Assembly: GCA_043812495.1 (NCBI GenBank)
Contig: JBDRMG010000010.1
Location: forward strand, 1 to 53,844
DNA: 53,844 nucleotides
Source: Candidatus Omnitrophota bacterium
GTDB taxonomy: Bacteria; Omnitrophota; Gorgyraeia; Zapsychrales; JBDRMG01
Direction of reading: 5' to 3'
The translations under genes were made by a program, and so were the position numbers. Shown piece by piece: positions 1-10,008 of this stretch; positions within the stretch are counted from its first letter, which is position 1, and each line of letters opens with the position of its first letter. Under the pieces are notes generated by a model. That model did not search any database and was not told the DNA's origin. It saw only the letters and a list, made by a program, of their open reading frames with translations.

Positions 1-54
1 ATTCGCCCAACGAACTTACGTTCACTAACGTTCCGTAAGTTCAGGGTTCATTGA
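1..54 (+). repeat. Modular double-hairpin element, copy 0 (truncated by window edge)
   Basis: ATTCG-CCC..GAACTTACG/CGTAAGTTC..GGG-TTCATTGA followed directly by GGAGG; same junctions as 12 other copies. Confidence 0.7.
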
Positions 55-64
55 GGAGGGCGCG

Positions 65-217
65 ATGGGAAGAAGGATTGTTCTCTATCTATTTATCGCA
101 TTGATTGTTTATATAATTATTTCTTTTCAAATAAATAAATATAGAGATACTGCATCTGAATTAAATGAAAAGCAATTTTACCATAATGGGGACTTAGGGC
201 AAGCGCATCAACCCTAG
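65..217 (+). CDS. Putative 50-aa small membrane protein (MGRRIVLYLFIALIVYIIISFQ...)
   Basis: Manual translation; GAGGAGG RBS upstream; one hydrophobic N-terminal segment; AT-rich. Confidence 0.4.
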   Translation: MGRRIVLYLFIALIVYIIISFQINKYRDTASELNEKQFYHNGDLGQAHQP

Positions 218-332
218 TAGCATTTTGGAATACGAATATCTTTTAAAAACAGAAGTTGGCTTAACCATTCCTACTGAGATTAAGAAGAATCCGAAATCTC
301 TTTCAAGTTACCATACCTTCCCCAATAATCCC

Positions 333-362
333 TTGCCACCTCAAGAGGCAATATGCTAAAAT
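333..362 (+). promoter_or_regulatory. Putative sigma70 promoter of leuS
   Basis: TTGCCA-N18-TAAAAT with extended -10 TG. Confidence 0.5.
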
Positions 363-416
363 CCCTCCGGCAATAATAACGAAGAATAATCAAAAGTCAT
401 TCGCAACAAAAACAAA

Positions 417-3002
417 ATGGATTACACCATAGAAGAAATAAAAAAAATCGAACAGAAATGGCAGAAGATCTGGGCCGAAAAGAAGATCTTTCAAGCCACG
501 ATCGATCCTCAAAGACCTAAGTATTATGTCCTCGAGATGTTTCCGTATCCTTCCGGAAAAATCCACATGGGGCACGTGCGCAATTACACCATCGCGGATG
601 TGGTGGCTCGCTTTAAGATGATGCAGGGGTTTAATGTGCTTCACCCCATGGGCTATGACGCCTTCGGTCAACCCGCCGAGAATGCGGCCATCAAACACAA
701 AACAGACCCGGCCAAATGGACTTATCAGTGCATCGACCAGATGCGTCAGGAACTGAAACGCATGGGTTTTTCTTATGATTGGGACCGCGAGATTTCTACC
801 TGCGACAAAGAGTATTATCACTGGAATCAGTGGATTTTCCTGAAGATGTTTGAAAAGGGCCTGGCGTACAAAAAGGCCTCGGCCGTCAACTGGTGTCCTG
901 CTTGCGAAACAACACTTGCCAATGAGGAAGTCGTCAACGGCGGCTGCTGGCGGTGTAAGACAGAAGTTGTTCAGAAGGATTTGGAGCAATGGTATTTGAA
1001 GATTACGGCTTACAGCGAAGCTTTGCTCGAGGATCTCAAGAAATTAAAACATTGGCCGCAGCGCGTGATTACGATGCAGGAAAATTGGATTGGCAAAAGT
1101 TATGGTGTGGAAATCTATTTTAAGATTAAAAAAACAGGCGAAGCCTTGCCGGTGTTTACAACCCGGCAGGATACGATCTTCGGCGCGACCTATGTTGTGC
1201 TTGCGCCGGAACATCCTTTAGTCGAGCAATTGACGGCCGGCACGGCTCATGAAAAGAAAGTCAAAGATTTTATTAAAAAAGTCAAAAAGCAAAGCAAGGC
1301 GGACCGCATTGCGGATGGTCTTAAAAAAGAAGGGATCTTTATCGGAGAGCATGCTATTAATCCCGTCAATAACGAAGAGATTCCCATCTGGGTAGCGGAC
1401 TATGTTCTTATGGATTACGGAACCGGTGCAATTATGGCCGTGCCGACCCATGACCAGCGCGATTTTATCTTTGCGAAAGAACACCATCTGCCCATGCGCA
1501 TTGTGATTGCCGATCCTGATGATCCGGGAAAAAAGGTCGAAGACCTCAAAGAAGCTTATGTCGCTGACGGGATTCAGGTGAATTCCGCGCAGTTCAACGG
1601 TCTTTCGAATCGGGAGGCTCTTGAGAAAATTGCACAATGGATGTCCGGCAATCCACCAAAGTGGGTTGCCCCGGCTTCGCCGAAGGCTTCAGCCGAGGCG
1701 AGCGAGATCTCGCCCAACAAATCTCAAAGAGATTTGTCGAGGCGGACAAAAGAAGTTATGGGAAAAATCACCGTTCAGTGGCGACTACGGGATTGGCTCA
1801 TTTCAAGACAGCGCTATTGGGGAACGCCCATTCCGATGGTCTATTGCGACCGATGCGGAATTGTGCCCGTTGCCGAGGATCAATTGCCGGTGGAACTTCC
1901 GGAAAATCTTAAAATTACGGGTGAAGGGGGCAGTCCCTTGGCTCAATGCAAAGAGTTTCTCAATGTCCCATGCCCCAAATGTCACGGCCGGGCCAAGCGG
2001 GAAACAGATACCATGGCCACTTTTTTTGACTCTTCGTGGTATTTCCTGCGTTATTGCTCGGCCCACGACGCAAAACAGATTTTTGACAAGAAAGAGACTG
2101 CTTTCTGGATGCCGGTGGACCAATATATCGGCGGAATTGAACACGCGATTTTACATCTTTTATACTCGCGCTTTTTTACAAAATTCTTCAAGGACATCGG
2201 ACTTGTTTCGTTTGACGAGCCCTTTACCCGTCTTCTCACGCAGGGCATGGTCTTGAAAGACGGCGAAGTGATGTCCAAGTCTAAGGGGAATACCGTTGAT
2301 CCCGATGATATGATCAGCCAATACGGCGCCGATACCTTAAGGCTTTTTATTTTGTTTGCGGCTCCGCCGGAAGATCAGCTGGAATGGAATGATAACGCCA
2401 TGGAAGGGGCGTACAAATTCTTGGCCCGCCTTTGGAATATCTCCCAAGACCGGTATGACCCGGAACGTGATGATGAAGACAATGAAATCGACGCTGCTTC
2501 TTTTGATGAAGAAGACAAAGACCTCGAACGGGAACGGAACGTTGCCGTTCAAAAAGTGACAAATGATTATCAAAATTTCAAATTCAATACGGCGATCAGC
2601 GCCCTGATGATCTTTTTGAACAAGATCGATAAATATAAATACGCCAGTCAGAATCAGAGATTGATTAACAGGTGTCTGAAGACGTTGGTGCGCTTGTTGC
2701 ATCCGATCGCGCCCCATGTTTGCGAAGAAATGTATCAGCAGATGGGCGCAGAAAAGGAAAGCATCGTCTTCACCGGTTTTCCGACGTATGATGAAGAGGC
2801 GCTCAAACAAGAGACCATTGAACTCGTTGTTCAGATCAACGGAAAATTAAGAGGGAAATTCAATGTTCAGGCGGACGCCCGCGAGGATCAGCTGAAAGAA
2901 ATCATTCTCGCCGATGAAAAAATTCAAGAACACATTAGGGGCAAGTCGATTGAGCGCTTCATCGTAATTCCTAACAAATTAGTTAATTTAGTGATAAAAT
3001 AA
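417..3002 (+). CDS. leuS: Leucine--tRNA ligase, with an in-frame palindromic insert of about 35 aa
   Basis: MFPYPSG-x-IHMGH (HIGH), VMSKS (KMSKS), CP1 editing motif [13 protein letters not shown]-terminal VVQINGK. Confidence 0.98.
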   Translation: MDYTIEEIKKIEQKWQKIWAEKKIFQATIDPQRPKYYVLEMFPYPSGKIHMGHVRNYTIADVVARFKMMQGFNVLHPMGYDAFGQPAENAAIKHKTDPAKWTYQCIDQMRQELKRMGFSYDWDREISTCDKEYYHWNQWIFLKMFEKGLAYKKASAVNWCPACETTLANEEVVNGGCWRCKTEVVQKDLEQWYLKITAYSEALLEDLKKLKHWPQRVITMQENWIGKSYGVEIYFKIKKTGEALPVFTTRQDTIFGATYVVLAPEHPLVEQLTAGTAHEKKVKDFIKKVKKQSKADRIADGLKKEGIFIGEHAINPVNNEEIPIWVADYVLMDYGTGAIMAVPTHDQRDFIFAKEHHLPMRIVIADPDDPGKKVEDLKEAYVADGIQVNSAQFNGLSNREALEKIAQWMSGNPPKWVAPASPKASAEASEISPNKSQRDLSRRTKEVMGKITVQWRLRDWLISRQRYWGTPIPMVYCDRCGIVPVAEDQLPVELPENLKITGEGGSPLAQCKEFLNVPCPKCHGRAKRETDTMATFFDSSWYFLRYCSAHDAKQIFDKKETAFWMPVDQYIGGIEHAILHLLYSRFFTKFFKDIGLVSFDEPFTRLLTQGMVLKDGEVMSKSKGNTVDPDDMISQYGADTLRLFILFAAPPEDQLEWNDNAMEGAYKFLARLWNISQDRYDPERDDEDNEIDAASFDEEDKDLERERNVAVQKVTNDYQNFKFNTAISALMIFLNKIDKYKYASQNQRLINRCLKTLVRLLHPIAPHVCEEMYQQMGAEKESIVFTGFPTYDEEALKQETIELVVQINGKLRGKFNVQADAREDQLKEIILADEKIQEHIRGKSIERFIVIPNKLVNLVIK
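1642..1748. repeat. Palindromic element inserted in frame in leuS
   Basis: Terminal inverted TGTCCG...CGGACA with internal hairpins; core 1670-1714 matches intergenic 47989-48029. Confidence 0.8.
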
Positions 3003-3007
3003 TAATC

Positions 3008-3835
3008 ATGGCTAATGAAAATACCATAGAGTTGGAAGAGCAACCCGCGTATAGAGGGAATTTCTTCAAATACAGCACATTGGGCATTCTTTTCGTGCTG
3101 ATCATTGTTCAATTGATCAACGCTATTTTAAAAGTAAGAATCATCCCGGAAATCGTGGCCATGGGCGTTGCCTTTGTCTGTGTTTTTTACCTCTGGATAG
3201 CGGAAAGCCAAGATATCTTTATGCTGCAAGAAGCAAACCTTCAGCTTCTGGAGGCCCAGAAAGACCTGAAGGCTAGCCATGTGGAAGCCATCCTTTCTTT
3301 GATTCTCAGCCAGGAAGCGAAAGATTCTTATACCTACGGACATTCCGAAAGAGTCCGTCAATATGCGACGGTGATTACCCAAGAAATGGAACTTTCAACC
3401 GAGGAAATCGAAACCGTTTCCCGCGCCGCGAAGCTTCATGATATCGGGAAAATCGGCATCAAAGACGACGTTCTTTTTTGCAAAGAAATTCTTTCCGAAG
3501 ACAAACTTGAAATCATACGCTCTCATCCCGTGAAAGGGCTGAAAATTCTGGAACCTTTGAAATTTCTTAATAAAGAAAAAGACATCATCCGTCATCATCA
3601 TGAACGCTATGACGGAAAAGGTTATCCTGACGGCCTTAAAGGAGAACAGATTCCGCTGGGCGCGCGCATTATCTGCGTGGCGGATTCGTTTGATGCCATG
3701 CGCACGCAACGGCCGTACAATGATCCTTTAAGCAAGCAGGGAATTATCAACGAATTGAAGAATAACTCCGGAACGCAGTTTGACCCCGTAGTGGTTGATG
3801 CCTTCTTAAAACACATCGATCGTTTTTATGTTTGA
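3008..3835 (+). CDS. Membrane-anchored HD-GYP phosphodiesterase
   Basis: Two N-terminal TM segments; HSERV, HDIGK, HHERYDGKGYP, ADSFDAM motifs. Confidence 0.92.
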   Translation: MANENTIELEEQPAYRGNFFKYSTLGILFVLIIVQLINAILKVRIIPEIVAMGVAFVCVFYLWIAESQDIFMLQEANLQLLEAQKDLKASHVEAILSLILSQEAKDSYTYGHSERVRQYATVITQEMELSTEEIETVSRAAKLHDIGKIGIKDDVLFCKEILSEDKLEIIRSHPVKGLKILEPLKFLNKEKDIIRHHHERYDGKGYPDGLKGEQIPLGARIICVADSFDAMRTQRPYNDPLSKQGIINELKNNSGTQFDPVVVDAFLKHIDRFYV

Positions 3836-4172
3836 TCTGACCCGCCAAGAACGGCTTGTTCTTATTTTTCTTGTTTTGATTTGTCTTTTCGGAATATCCT
3901 TTCGGCTTGCCTTAAAAGTTAACCCTCAGCTCAACCGCATGGTTAATGTTTTAGAAGACGACAAGCTGTACCGTCCGATCGATATTAACCGCGCAAGCTT
4001 AGAAGACCTCATCCGTGTCCCCGGAATCGGCCCTGCCATCGCCGAACGGATTGTCACCTATCGACAAGACCATGGTTCATTTAAGGATTTAGAGGAATTA
4101 AAGACCATCCGAGGCGTTAACGCATCAAACGTTAAGATGATATCCAAATATCTGAAAATCGACTCAAGGTAA
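3828..4172 (+). CDS. comEA: ComEA-family helix-hairpin-helix DNA-binding protein
   Basis: TM anchor plus IDINRAS..LIRVPGIGPAIAERIV HhH motif; precedes comEC. Confidence 0.88.
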   Translation: MFDLTRQERLVLIFLVLICLFGISFRLALKVNPQLNRMVNVLEDDKLYRPIDINRASLEDLIRVPGIGPAIAERIVTYRQDHGSFKDLEELKTIRGVNASNVKMISKYLKIDSR

Positions 4173-4176
4173 TTCC

Positions 4177-5718
4177 ATGAAGTCCCATCGTCCGCTTTTT
4201 TCTGTGACTCTTTGTCTGAGCTTAGGGATACTTCTTGATCCTGTCTGCCCGCTGTCTTTTAAGACACTACTCACATTGATATTGCTGACTTTATGCGCAA
4301 GCCTGATCGCCATCAATAAAAAGTCCGTCTCTAGCATTTTCTTATTAACGAGCATTATCTTGCTCGGCTTGGCCGCATCATTTCAGTACCAATACTTGTC
4401 CAAAGACCACATCGATCATGTCGCAAAATATTATCGGTCAACTACCGTGGAATTGGAAGGCGTGGTTGTCTCGGAGTTACGAGAGCAGAATTTTTTTCAA
4501 GGAAAGAAGACTTCGTTCGAATTGGATGTTAAGCGTTTTAAGACACGATGGGGTTGGCGCGTAAAAAGCGGAAAAATTCTTGTTCAGCTCTTTCGCCAAG
4601 ACAATATTTCTTACGGCGATGACCTTATCTTAGAGGGAAAACTTCACAGGCCGTTTGATTTTTCGGATGATAGCCCGTTTTCCTATAGGGATTATTTGAG
4701 TCGGCGGCAGATTAAGTTGATTCTGAGCGTCAAAAAAGACGGGGTCCTCCGGCGGGTCGGTTCAAACCAAGGACACATGTTCAAAGAGCTTTCTTTGCGC
4801 GTTAAAGATAAGCTCAAATCCATTCTTAAGAATCAGCTGACTCCCCATGAATCGGGCTTAATGCAGGCGATTCTTTTGGGGGATCGATGGGATATTCCGC
4901 AGCATATTCGCGAATTATTTATTCAGACAGGCACGGCCCATATCCTAGCGATCAGCGGGTTACATATCGGCATCATCGCTTTCTTGATATTCGTTGTTCT
5001 TAAAATGATGCCTTTGCCGCGTAAAGCCCGATATGTTCTGACGGTTGTTTTTTTATCGTGCTATGCCTTCTTGACAGGCGGCCGGGCGTCGGTTATACGC
5101 GCGACCATCATGGCTAATGTTTTTCTCTTGAGCTTTCTTGTCGAGCGGGAAACGGAACCCGTCAACTCATTATCTCTGGCGGCCCTGATTCTCTTAATGT
5201 TTAATCCGCTGAATCTATTCGATGTTGGTTTCCAGCTGTCTTTTATCAGCGTTTTTTCCATTATCTTCTTTTATCCGAGGTTTTTTCGCACTGTTTCCAA
5301 TGGCCGGTTAAATCTTAAGAATCGATGGATTCTGTTGTCCGTCCAGTCGTTGATTGTTTCCGTTTCGGCCTGGCTGGGCGTTGCGGGCTTGATTGCGTAT
5401 CACTTTCATATCATCACCCCGATTACGGTCTTGGCCAATTTTCTGATTATCCCTTTTGTTACTTTGATCGTGGCCTTGGGTTTGGGTTTATTGATGGCGG
5501 GCGTGCTTTTACCTCAAGTCGGTTTCATCTTTGCGATTTGCGTCAAGTTAATTCTGAATTTGGCCGTTATGATTATTTATCTGATGAGTCGCTTACCCGG
5601 CGCTTACATCAACCTCCAGCATGTTTCTTTCTGGCCGGTTCTGCTTTACTATGCTGTTATTTTTTTGTTACCTTTTGGCGTGCCTTTCTTGGTGAAGTTG
5701 ACACTTCGACGACCTTGA
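4177..5718 (+). CDS. comEC: ComEC/Rec2 competence channel (no metallo-beta-lactamase domain)
   Basis: GTAHILAISGLHIG and GFQLSF motifs, OB-like N-terminal domain, multiple TM segments. Confidence 0.93.
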   Translation: MKSHRPLFSVTLCLSLGILLDPVCPLSFKTLLTLILLTLCASLIAINKKSVSSIFLLTSIILLGLAASFQYQYLSKDHIDHVAKYYRSTTVELEGVVVSELREQNFFQGKKTSFELDVKRFKTRWGWRVKSGKILVQLFRQDNISYGDDLILEGKLHRPFDFSDDSPFSYRDYLSRRQIKLILSVKKDGVLRRVGSNQGHMFKELSLRVKDKLKSILKNQLTPHESGLMQAILLGDRWDIPQHIRELFIQTGTAHILAISGLHIGIIAFLIFVVLKMMPLPRKARYVLTVVFLSCYAFLTGGRASVIRATIMANVFLLSFLVERETEPVNSLSLAALILLMFNPLNLFDVGFQLSFISVFSIIFFYPRFFRTVSNGRLNLKNRWILLSVQSLIVSVSAWLGVAGLIAYHFHIITPITVLANFLIIPFVTLIVALGLGLLMAGVLLPQVGFIFAICVKLILNLAVMIIYLMSRLPGAYINLQHVSFWPVLLYYAVIFLLPFGVPFLVKLTLRRP

Positions 5719-5901
5719 AGCCGCGCCCTTTTCCGACGCTCAATCTCGTTTCGGTCGGGACATCGAATCGAGTGAAAGCGAGCGTCGGTGCAGGGCGCAG
5801 AAGGATCAAGCCGCTTGAGTGTCAATCCTGAGCCCGTTCGACTTCACTCAGGGCTCAGTCCATGGGCTTTTTGAGCCCGGGGACAGTCGAACGGATTGAC
5901 A
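5698..5901. repeat. Nested CTTCGAC..GCTCAG/CTGAGC..GTCGAA-type palindromic cluster bounded by direct TTGACA copies
   Basis: TTGACA(5698)-CTTCGAC...TGTCAA(5820)...GTCGAACGGA-TTGACA(5896); several internal hairpins. Confidence 0.75.
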
Positions 5902-5924
5902 AAGCGATAGAAGTGTGATAAAGT
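5896..5924 (+). promoter_or_regulatory. sigma70 promoter of bamD, probably giving a leaderless mRNA
   Basis: TTGACA-N17-TAAAGT with TG extension; ATG 7 nt downstream; no SD. Confidence 0.7.
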
Positions 5925-5931
5925 TAACCCC

Positions 5932-6879
5932 ATGAAAAAGTTATTAATATTAGTATTCTTATTAACCATTTCGTCTTCCCAAAGCTATGCGTTTTGGGTC
6001 TGGACGCCCGAAACCAATGAGTGGGTTAATCCGAAATTTTCCGTCAAGGACACGCCTCGAGAACAGCTGGATTATGCCCTGGAAAGCTATCAGGCTAAGG
6101 ATTACAAGAAAACATTAGTAGAACTTGAGAAACTGATTAAGAATTATCCCCGCGCGAAAGAAGCCGCGGATGCCCAATTTTATATAGCCCTATGCTATGA
6201 AGAGCAAGGGGATCTTTTCAAAGCCTTCAAGTCTTATCAGACCGTGGTCGAAAAATATCCTTTCAGCGAAAGGTCTTCGCAAATCGTGGAAAAACAATAT
6301 AGAATCGGAGAGCGGTTTCTTGAGGGAGAAGGCCAGCAAAATAAATTTGTTCGCGCTTTAGTCGGAAGTGATTACAATGTGATCGAGGTTTTCAGAACCG
6401 TCATCAAGAACGCTCCTTACGGTCCTTATGCGGCCCCGGCCCAGTACAAAATCGGTCTTTATCTTCTGGAAAAAGGTCTTTACCAGGAAGCGCGCGATGA
6501 ATTTGAGAAGGTCATGAACGATTATTCCGATAGCCAGTGGGTGAAGGCGGCCAAATATCAAATGGCCATAGCCGATGCGCATCGCTCTGTAGACTCTCAG
6601 TATGATCAGAAGGTTACGCAGGCGGCGGTTAAAGAATTTAAAGAGTTTGTCGACGTGTATCCGGATGCCGAGCTTTCCGAGAAAGCTCGCAAGAAAATTC
6701 ATGAACTGAGGGAAAAAGAAGCGGAAAACAATTTCTTAATCGCTCGTTTTTACGAAAAGAAAAAGGAGCTCGAAGCGGCGAAATTGTATTACCATACGGT
6801 GATTAATGACTATCAGGACACCTCTATCGCTGTCAAGGCCTTAGAGAATCTCCGCGCCCTGGAGCTTGGAAAAAAATGA
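5932..6879 (+). CDS. bamD: Outer membrane protein assembly factor BamD-like TPR protein
   Basis: Signal peptide, repeated TPR helices (YP..S/A), QYDQ..T motif; bamD-lptE-holA context. Confidence 0.8.
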   Translation: MKKLLILVFLLTISSSQSYAFWVWTPETNEWVNPKFSVKDTPREQLDYALESYQAKDYKKTLVELEKLIKNYPRAKEAADAQFYIALCYEEQGDLFKAFKSYQTVVEKYPFSERSSQIVEKQYRIGERFLEGEGQQNKFVRALVGSDYNVIEVFRTVIKNAPYGPYAAPAQYKIGLYLLEKGLYQEARDEFEKVMNDYSDSQWVKAAKYQMAIADAHRSVDSQYDQKVTQAAVKEFKEFVDVYPDAELSEKARKKIHELREKEAENNFLIARFYEKKKELEAAKLYYHTVINDYQDTSIAVKALENLRALELGKK

Positions 6880-7409
6880 GAAGATCCCTCTTATTTCTAA
6901 TCATTCCGTTATTTTGTTTGTTTCTCGCCGGGTGCGGTTATTCGACCTCGTCCCTTTTACCGTCTCATTTAAAAACAATTTATGTCGCCCCTTTTGAGAA
7001 TGCCATTCCCTACGGTACAGAAAGAAGCCGTAATCTCTATTACCCTCTTTTAGAAGTCGAAGTGACCAACAAAATTATCGACCGCTATCTTTTTGACGGC
7101 AATTTGAGAATTGCCAAAGAACAAAACGCCGATTTGATCCTCAAAGGAAAATTGCTCAATTATGAACGTCAGGCCCTGCGCTATTTTGACGACAGTCAGG
7201 ACGTTCAAGAATATCGGCTTAATGTCATCGTTTCCCTTGAACTTTATGATACGGTCAAAGAGAAAGTAAAATGGAACGAGTCGAGTTTTATTGGCGAAAC
7301 CACCTACTTTACCTCCGGCTCCTTAGCTATCTCCGAAGAAGCAGCCGTAGATAAGGCCGTGACGGATTTAGCACGTCGCGTTGTCGAAAGAACAATCGAA
7401 GACTGGTAG
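6876..7409 (+). CDS. lptE: LPS assembly lipoprotein LptE
   Basis: Lipobox LAGCGY, LP..KTIYV.PF.N, ADLILKG; precedes holA. Confidence 0.85.
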   Translation: MRRSLLFLIIPLFCLFLAGCGYSTSSLLPSHLKTIYVAPFENAIPYGTERSRNLYYPLLEVEVTNKIIDRYLFDGNLRIAKEQNADLILKGKLLNYERQALRYFDDSQDVQEYRLNVIVSLELYDTVKEKVKWNESSFIGETTYFTSGSLAISEEAAVDKAVTDLARRVVERTIEDW

Positions 7410-7424
7410 TTGAGACTAACGTCT

Positions 7425-8066
7425 ATGATTTATCTTTTTTTAGGCGAGGATCGTCTATCCAAAGACGCCAAATTAGCTGAATTAAAAAAGAAAATATTTT
7501 CAAATCCCAGCGCGCTCAAATTCGACTACGAAGTCCTTGACGCCCCTGCCTGTGACGCGCAAACCCTCAAGAAAAGTCTCCTCGCCTTACCGGCCATAGC
7601 CAAAAAAAGATGCGTGGTCATCAGGGAATGCCATAAGCTCAGCCGGTATAACCAAGACATGTTGATCGCCTTTTCCAAAGACATGAAAGATTCTCCCATT
7701 GTGATCTTGGATTCGGATGTTTGGGATGAAAAGAATGCCTTTGTGCGCAAGATGAATCAGGCCGGGAAGATTATTCGATTTGCCACGCCAAAGGGAATCA
7801 ATGTATTTGATCTTACGCGGGCGATTGGCTTACGAAAAACGGTGGAGGCGATGAAAATTCTCAGCGATTTACTGTCATCGGGGAATCATCCTTTGCAGAT
7901 TTTGGGCGGATTGGTTTGGTTTTGGGGGAAATCAAAGAATCGCATGCCCGCAGGAGTTTTTGAAAACGGTCTTTTAGCGCTCCAGGCAGCCGATCTGAAT
8001 ATCAAAAGAAGTCGACTGACGTCTGAGCATGCTCTAGAGCTACTGGTTGTTAAACTTTGCTTATGA
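7425..8066 (+). CDS. holA: DNA polymerase III delta subunit (short form)
   Basis: Starts MIYLFLGED; C-terminal D..IK.S....LELLV; lptE-holA-rpsT synteny. Confidence 0.8.
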   Translation: MIYLFLGEDRLSKDAKLAELKKKIFSNPSALKFDYEVLDAPACDAQTLKKSLLALPAIAKKRCVVIRECHKLSRYNQDMLIAFSKDMKDSPIVILDSDVWDEKNAFVRKMNQAGKIIRFATPKGINVFDLTRAIGLRKTVEAMKILSDLLSSGNHPLQILGGLVWFWGKSKNRMPAGVFENGLLALQAADLNIKRSRLTSEHALELLVVKLCL

Positions 8067-8123
8067 GACAGTGTTTGTCTATTTGATGGACGGAAACAAC
8101 GGCGTACTGATGAAAACGCGGGA

Positions 8124-8387
8124 CTAGCTTTTTTTAAGAAGAAGTTTGCTGAAGCGGGATTTTCGATGGGCGGCTGTATTTTTATAAAGGACATGGCATT
8201 TTACAGCCTTATCCAGTTTCTTAAAAACTATTCTTAAAGCCTCTTTGGCTTCGGCGATCTTATTCTGCGCAACCAAACCTTGATAGTTCTTGATAGTTTT
8301 CTTAAGCTCGGTTTTGATATCCAGATTACGCATTCGCCGTCTTTTATTGACGCGCAGGGCTTTGATTCCTGATTTTCGTTGAGGCAA
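8124..8387 (-). CDS. rpsT: 30S ribosomal protein S20
   Basis: (M)PQRKSGIKALRVNKRRRMRN...LDKAVK...KNTAAHRKSR; TTG start with AGGAG RBS. Confidence 0.95.
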   Translation of the reverse strand: MPQRKSGIKALRVNKRRRMRNLDIKTELKKTIKNYQGLVAQNKIAEAKEALRIVFKKLDKAVKCHVLYKNTAAHRKSRFSKLLLKKS

Positions 8388-8436
8388 AGTGATCACTCCT
8401 TTCTTAAAGCGCCTACTATAGCAAAGAGAATAATCC

Positions 8437-10008
8437 ATGTCAACTAATAAATACGAACAACAGGATTCCCACCGGGGGATTATCCGTTCGACATCCATCA
8501 TTTCTTTGGGGACCTTGAGCTCGCGTCTTTTGGGGTTTGTCCGCGATATTGTTCTCGCTAAGATGCTGGGAACGGCGATGCGCGCGGATGCCTTTTTTGT
8601 CGCTTTGCGCATTCCGAATCTTTTTCGCGATATCGTCGGAGAAGGGGCAACCAATTCCGCCGTCGTCCCCGTTGTGAGCGAATACGCCCAGAACAAAAGC
8701 AAAGAAGAGTTGTGGCGTTTTGTGAGCGTCCTTTTTGTCCTGGCACTCATCATGTTGAGCGCTATTACCGTGGTGGGTATTATTTTTGCTCCCGTGCTTG
8801 TTCGTGTGATTGCGCCGGGTTTCTTAGAAGATCCTCAAAAGCTGGAACTGACGATTCGCTTAACTCGTCTGATGTTTCCCTATCTTATTTTTATCGGCCT
8901 CACCGCCTATTTCATGGGAATCCTTTATACCTTCCGGTCCTTTTATGTTCCTGCCTTCAGTCCCTGTCTTTTAAATGTTGCCATTATTATCAGTGCATTT
9001 TTCGCGTCCAAGAACATGCCGGAACCGACGATCGGTTTAGCCATTGGTGTCTTGATCGGAGGGATCGCGCAGTTGGTTGTTCAAATCGGGCCCGTCCTAG
9101 GAAAAGGAATCAGATTTAGAAGGCCAAAGACTTTGGTTCATCCCGGAGCCAGGCAAATCGGACGCCTGCTGATTCCAAGACTTTTCGGTACGGCAATTTA
9201 TCAACTGACGATTTTCGTGGACACATTTTGCGCGTCTTTGTCTTTTGTGATCGGTACAGGAGGAATAGCCGCTGTTTATTACGCCAACCGCATTGTTCAG
9301 TTTCCCCTGGGGGTGGTGAGCATTGCCCTGGCTTCTGCGATTTTGCCGACGTTATCGGCTCAGGCGGTACGCCAGGATATCGATCAACTCAAGAAGACGC
9401 TCATTTTTTCCCTCAAGAATACAATTTTTGTGATGCTGCCTTCGACGGTGTTTCTCCTTTTGTTATCGACACCGGTCATCAGGATTCTTTTTGAGCGCGG
9501 GGCCTTTAATGCGGAATCAACGCGTATTACATCCCTGGCTCTGATGTTTTATGCCCTTGGATTGGTTGGTTTCGGGGGTATTAAAATTATGGTTACGGCT
9601 TTTCACGCCCTTCAAGACACAAAGACACCTGTTCGTATAGCCGCCTGGTGCCTTGCCATCAATACGGTTTTGAAGTTTCTCTTGATGTGGCCTTTAAAAA
9701 TCGGAGGGATTGCACTTGCAAGCGCTATAGCCGCTACGGTTAATTTTATTGTTCTGTTTATCATTCTCGATAGAAGATTGGGCCAGATGACCCGGGTCAT
9801 GATCAGTTATTTCGGAAAGACAACTCTGGCAACCCTTGGTATGGGGTTGGCCGTGATTTTGTCTATGCAATTTTTGACTATGACCCATGAAGTGATTCGT
9901 CTCATTCTCACCGGCGTCATCAGCCTTGTTGCCTTTTGTGGGATTTCTTATTTTCTGAAAATCGAGCAAATCGGTTATATTTTACGATGGATATCAGCCA
10001 GAAGATAA
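8437..10008 (+). CDS. murJ: Lipid II flippase MurJ (MviN)
   Basis: SRLLGFVRD, DAFFVALRIPNLFR..GEGA motifs; many TM segments. Confidence 0.97.
   Translation: MSTNKYEQQDSHRGIIRSTSIISLGTLSSRLLGFVRDIVLAKMLGTAMRADAFFVALRIPNLFRDIVGEGATNSAVVPVVSEYAQNKSKEELWRFVSVLFVLALIMLSAITVVGIIFAPVLVRVIAPGFLEDPQKLELTIRLTRLMFPYLIFIGLTAYFMGILYTFRSFYVPAFSPCLLNVAIIISAFFASKNMPEPTIGLAIGVLIGGIAQLVVQIGPVLGKGIRFRRPKTLVHPGARQIGRLLIPRLFGTAIYQLTIFVDTFCASLSFVIGTGGIAAVYYANRIVQFPLGVVSIALASAILPTLSAQAVRQDIDQLKKTLIFSLKNTIFVMLPSTVFLLLLSTPVIRILFERGAFNAESTRITSLALMFYALGLVGFGGIKIMVTAFHALQDTKTPVRIAAWCLAINTVLKFLLMWPLKIGGIALASAIAATVNFIVLFIILDRRLGQMTRVMISYFGKTTLATLGMGLAVILSMQFLTMTHEVIRLILTGVISLVAFCGISYFLKIEQIGYILRWISARR

Noticed and set aside
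218..416. T-box riboswitch upstream of leuS
   Set aside because: No T-box consensus or terminator; the putative promoter is only about 55 nt from the start codon.
390..989. Long antisense ORFs over leuS, secA, the tandem-AAA protease, eno and others
   Set aside because: Shadow frames of well-supported genes with no motifs or RBS.
8388..8753. 209-aa version of the rpsT ORF
   Set aside because: Overlaps murJ antisense; the real start is TTG at 8387 with an AGGAG RBS.
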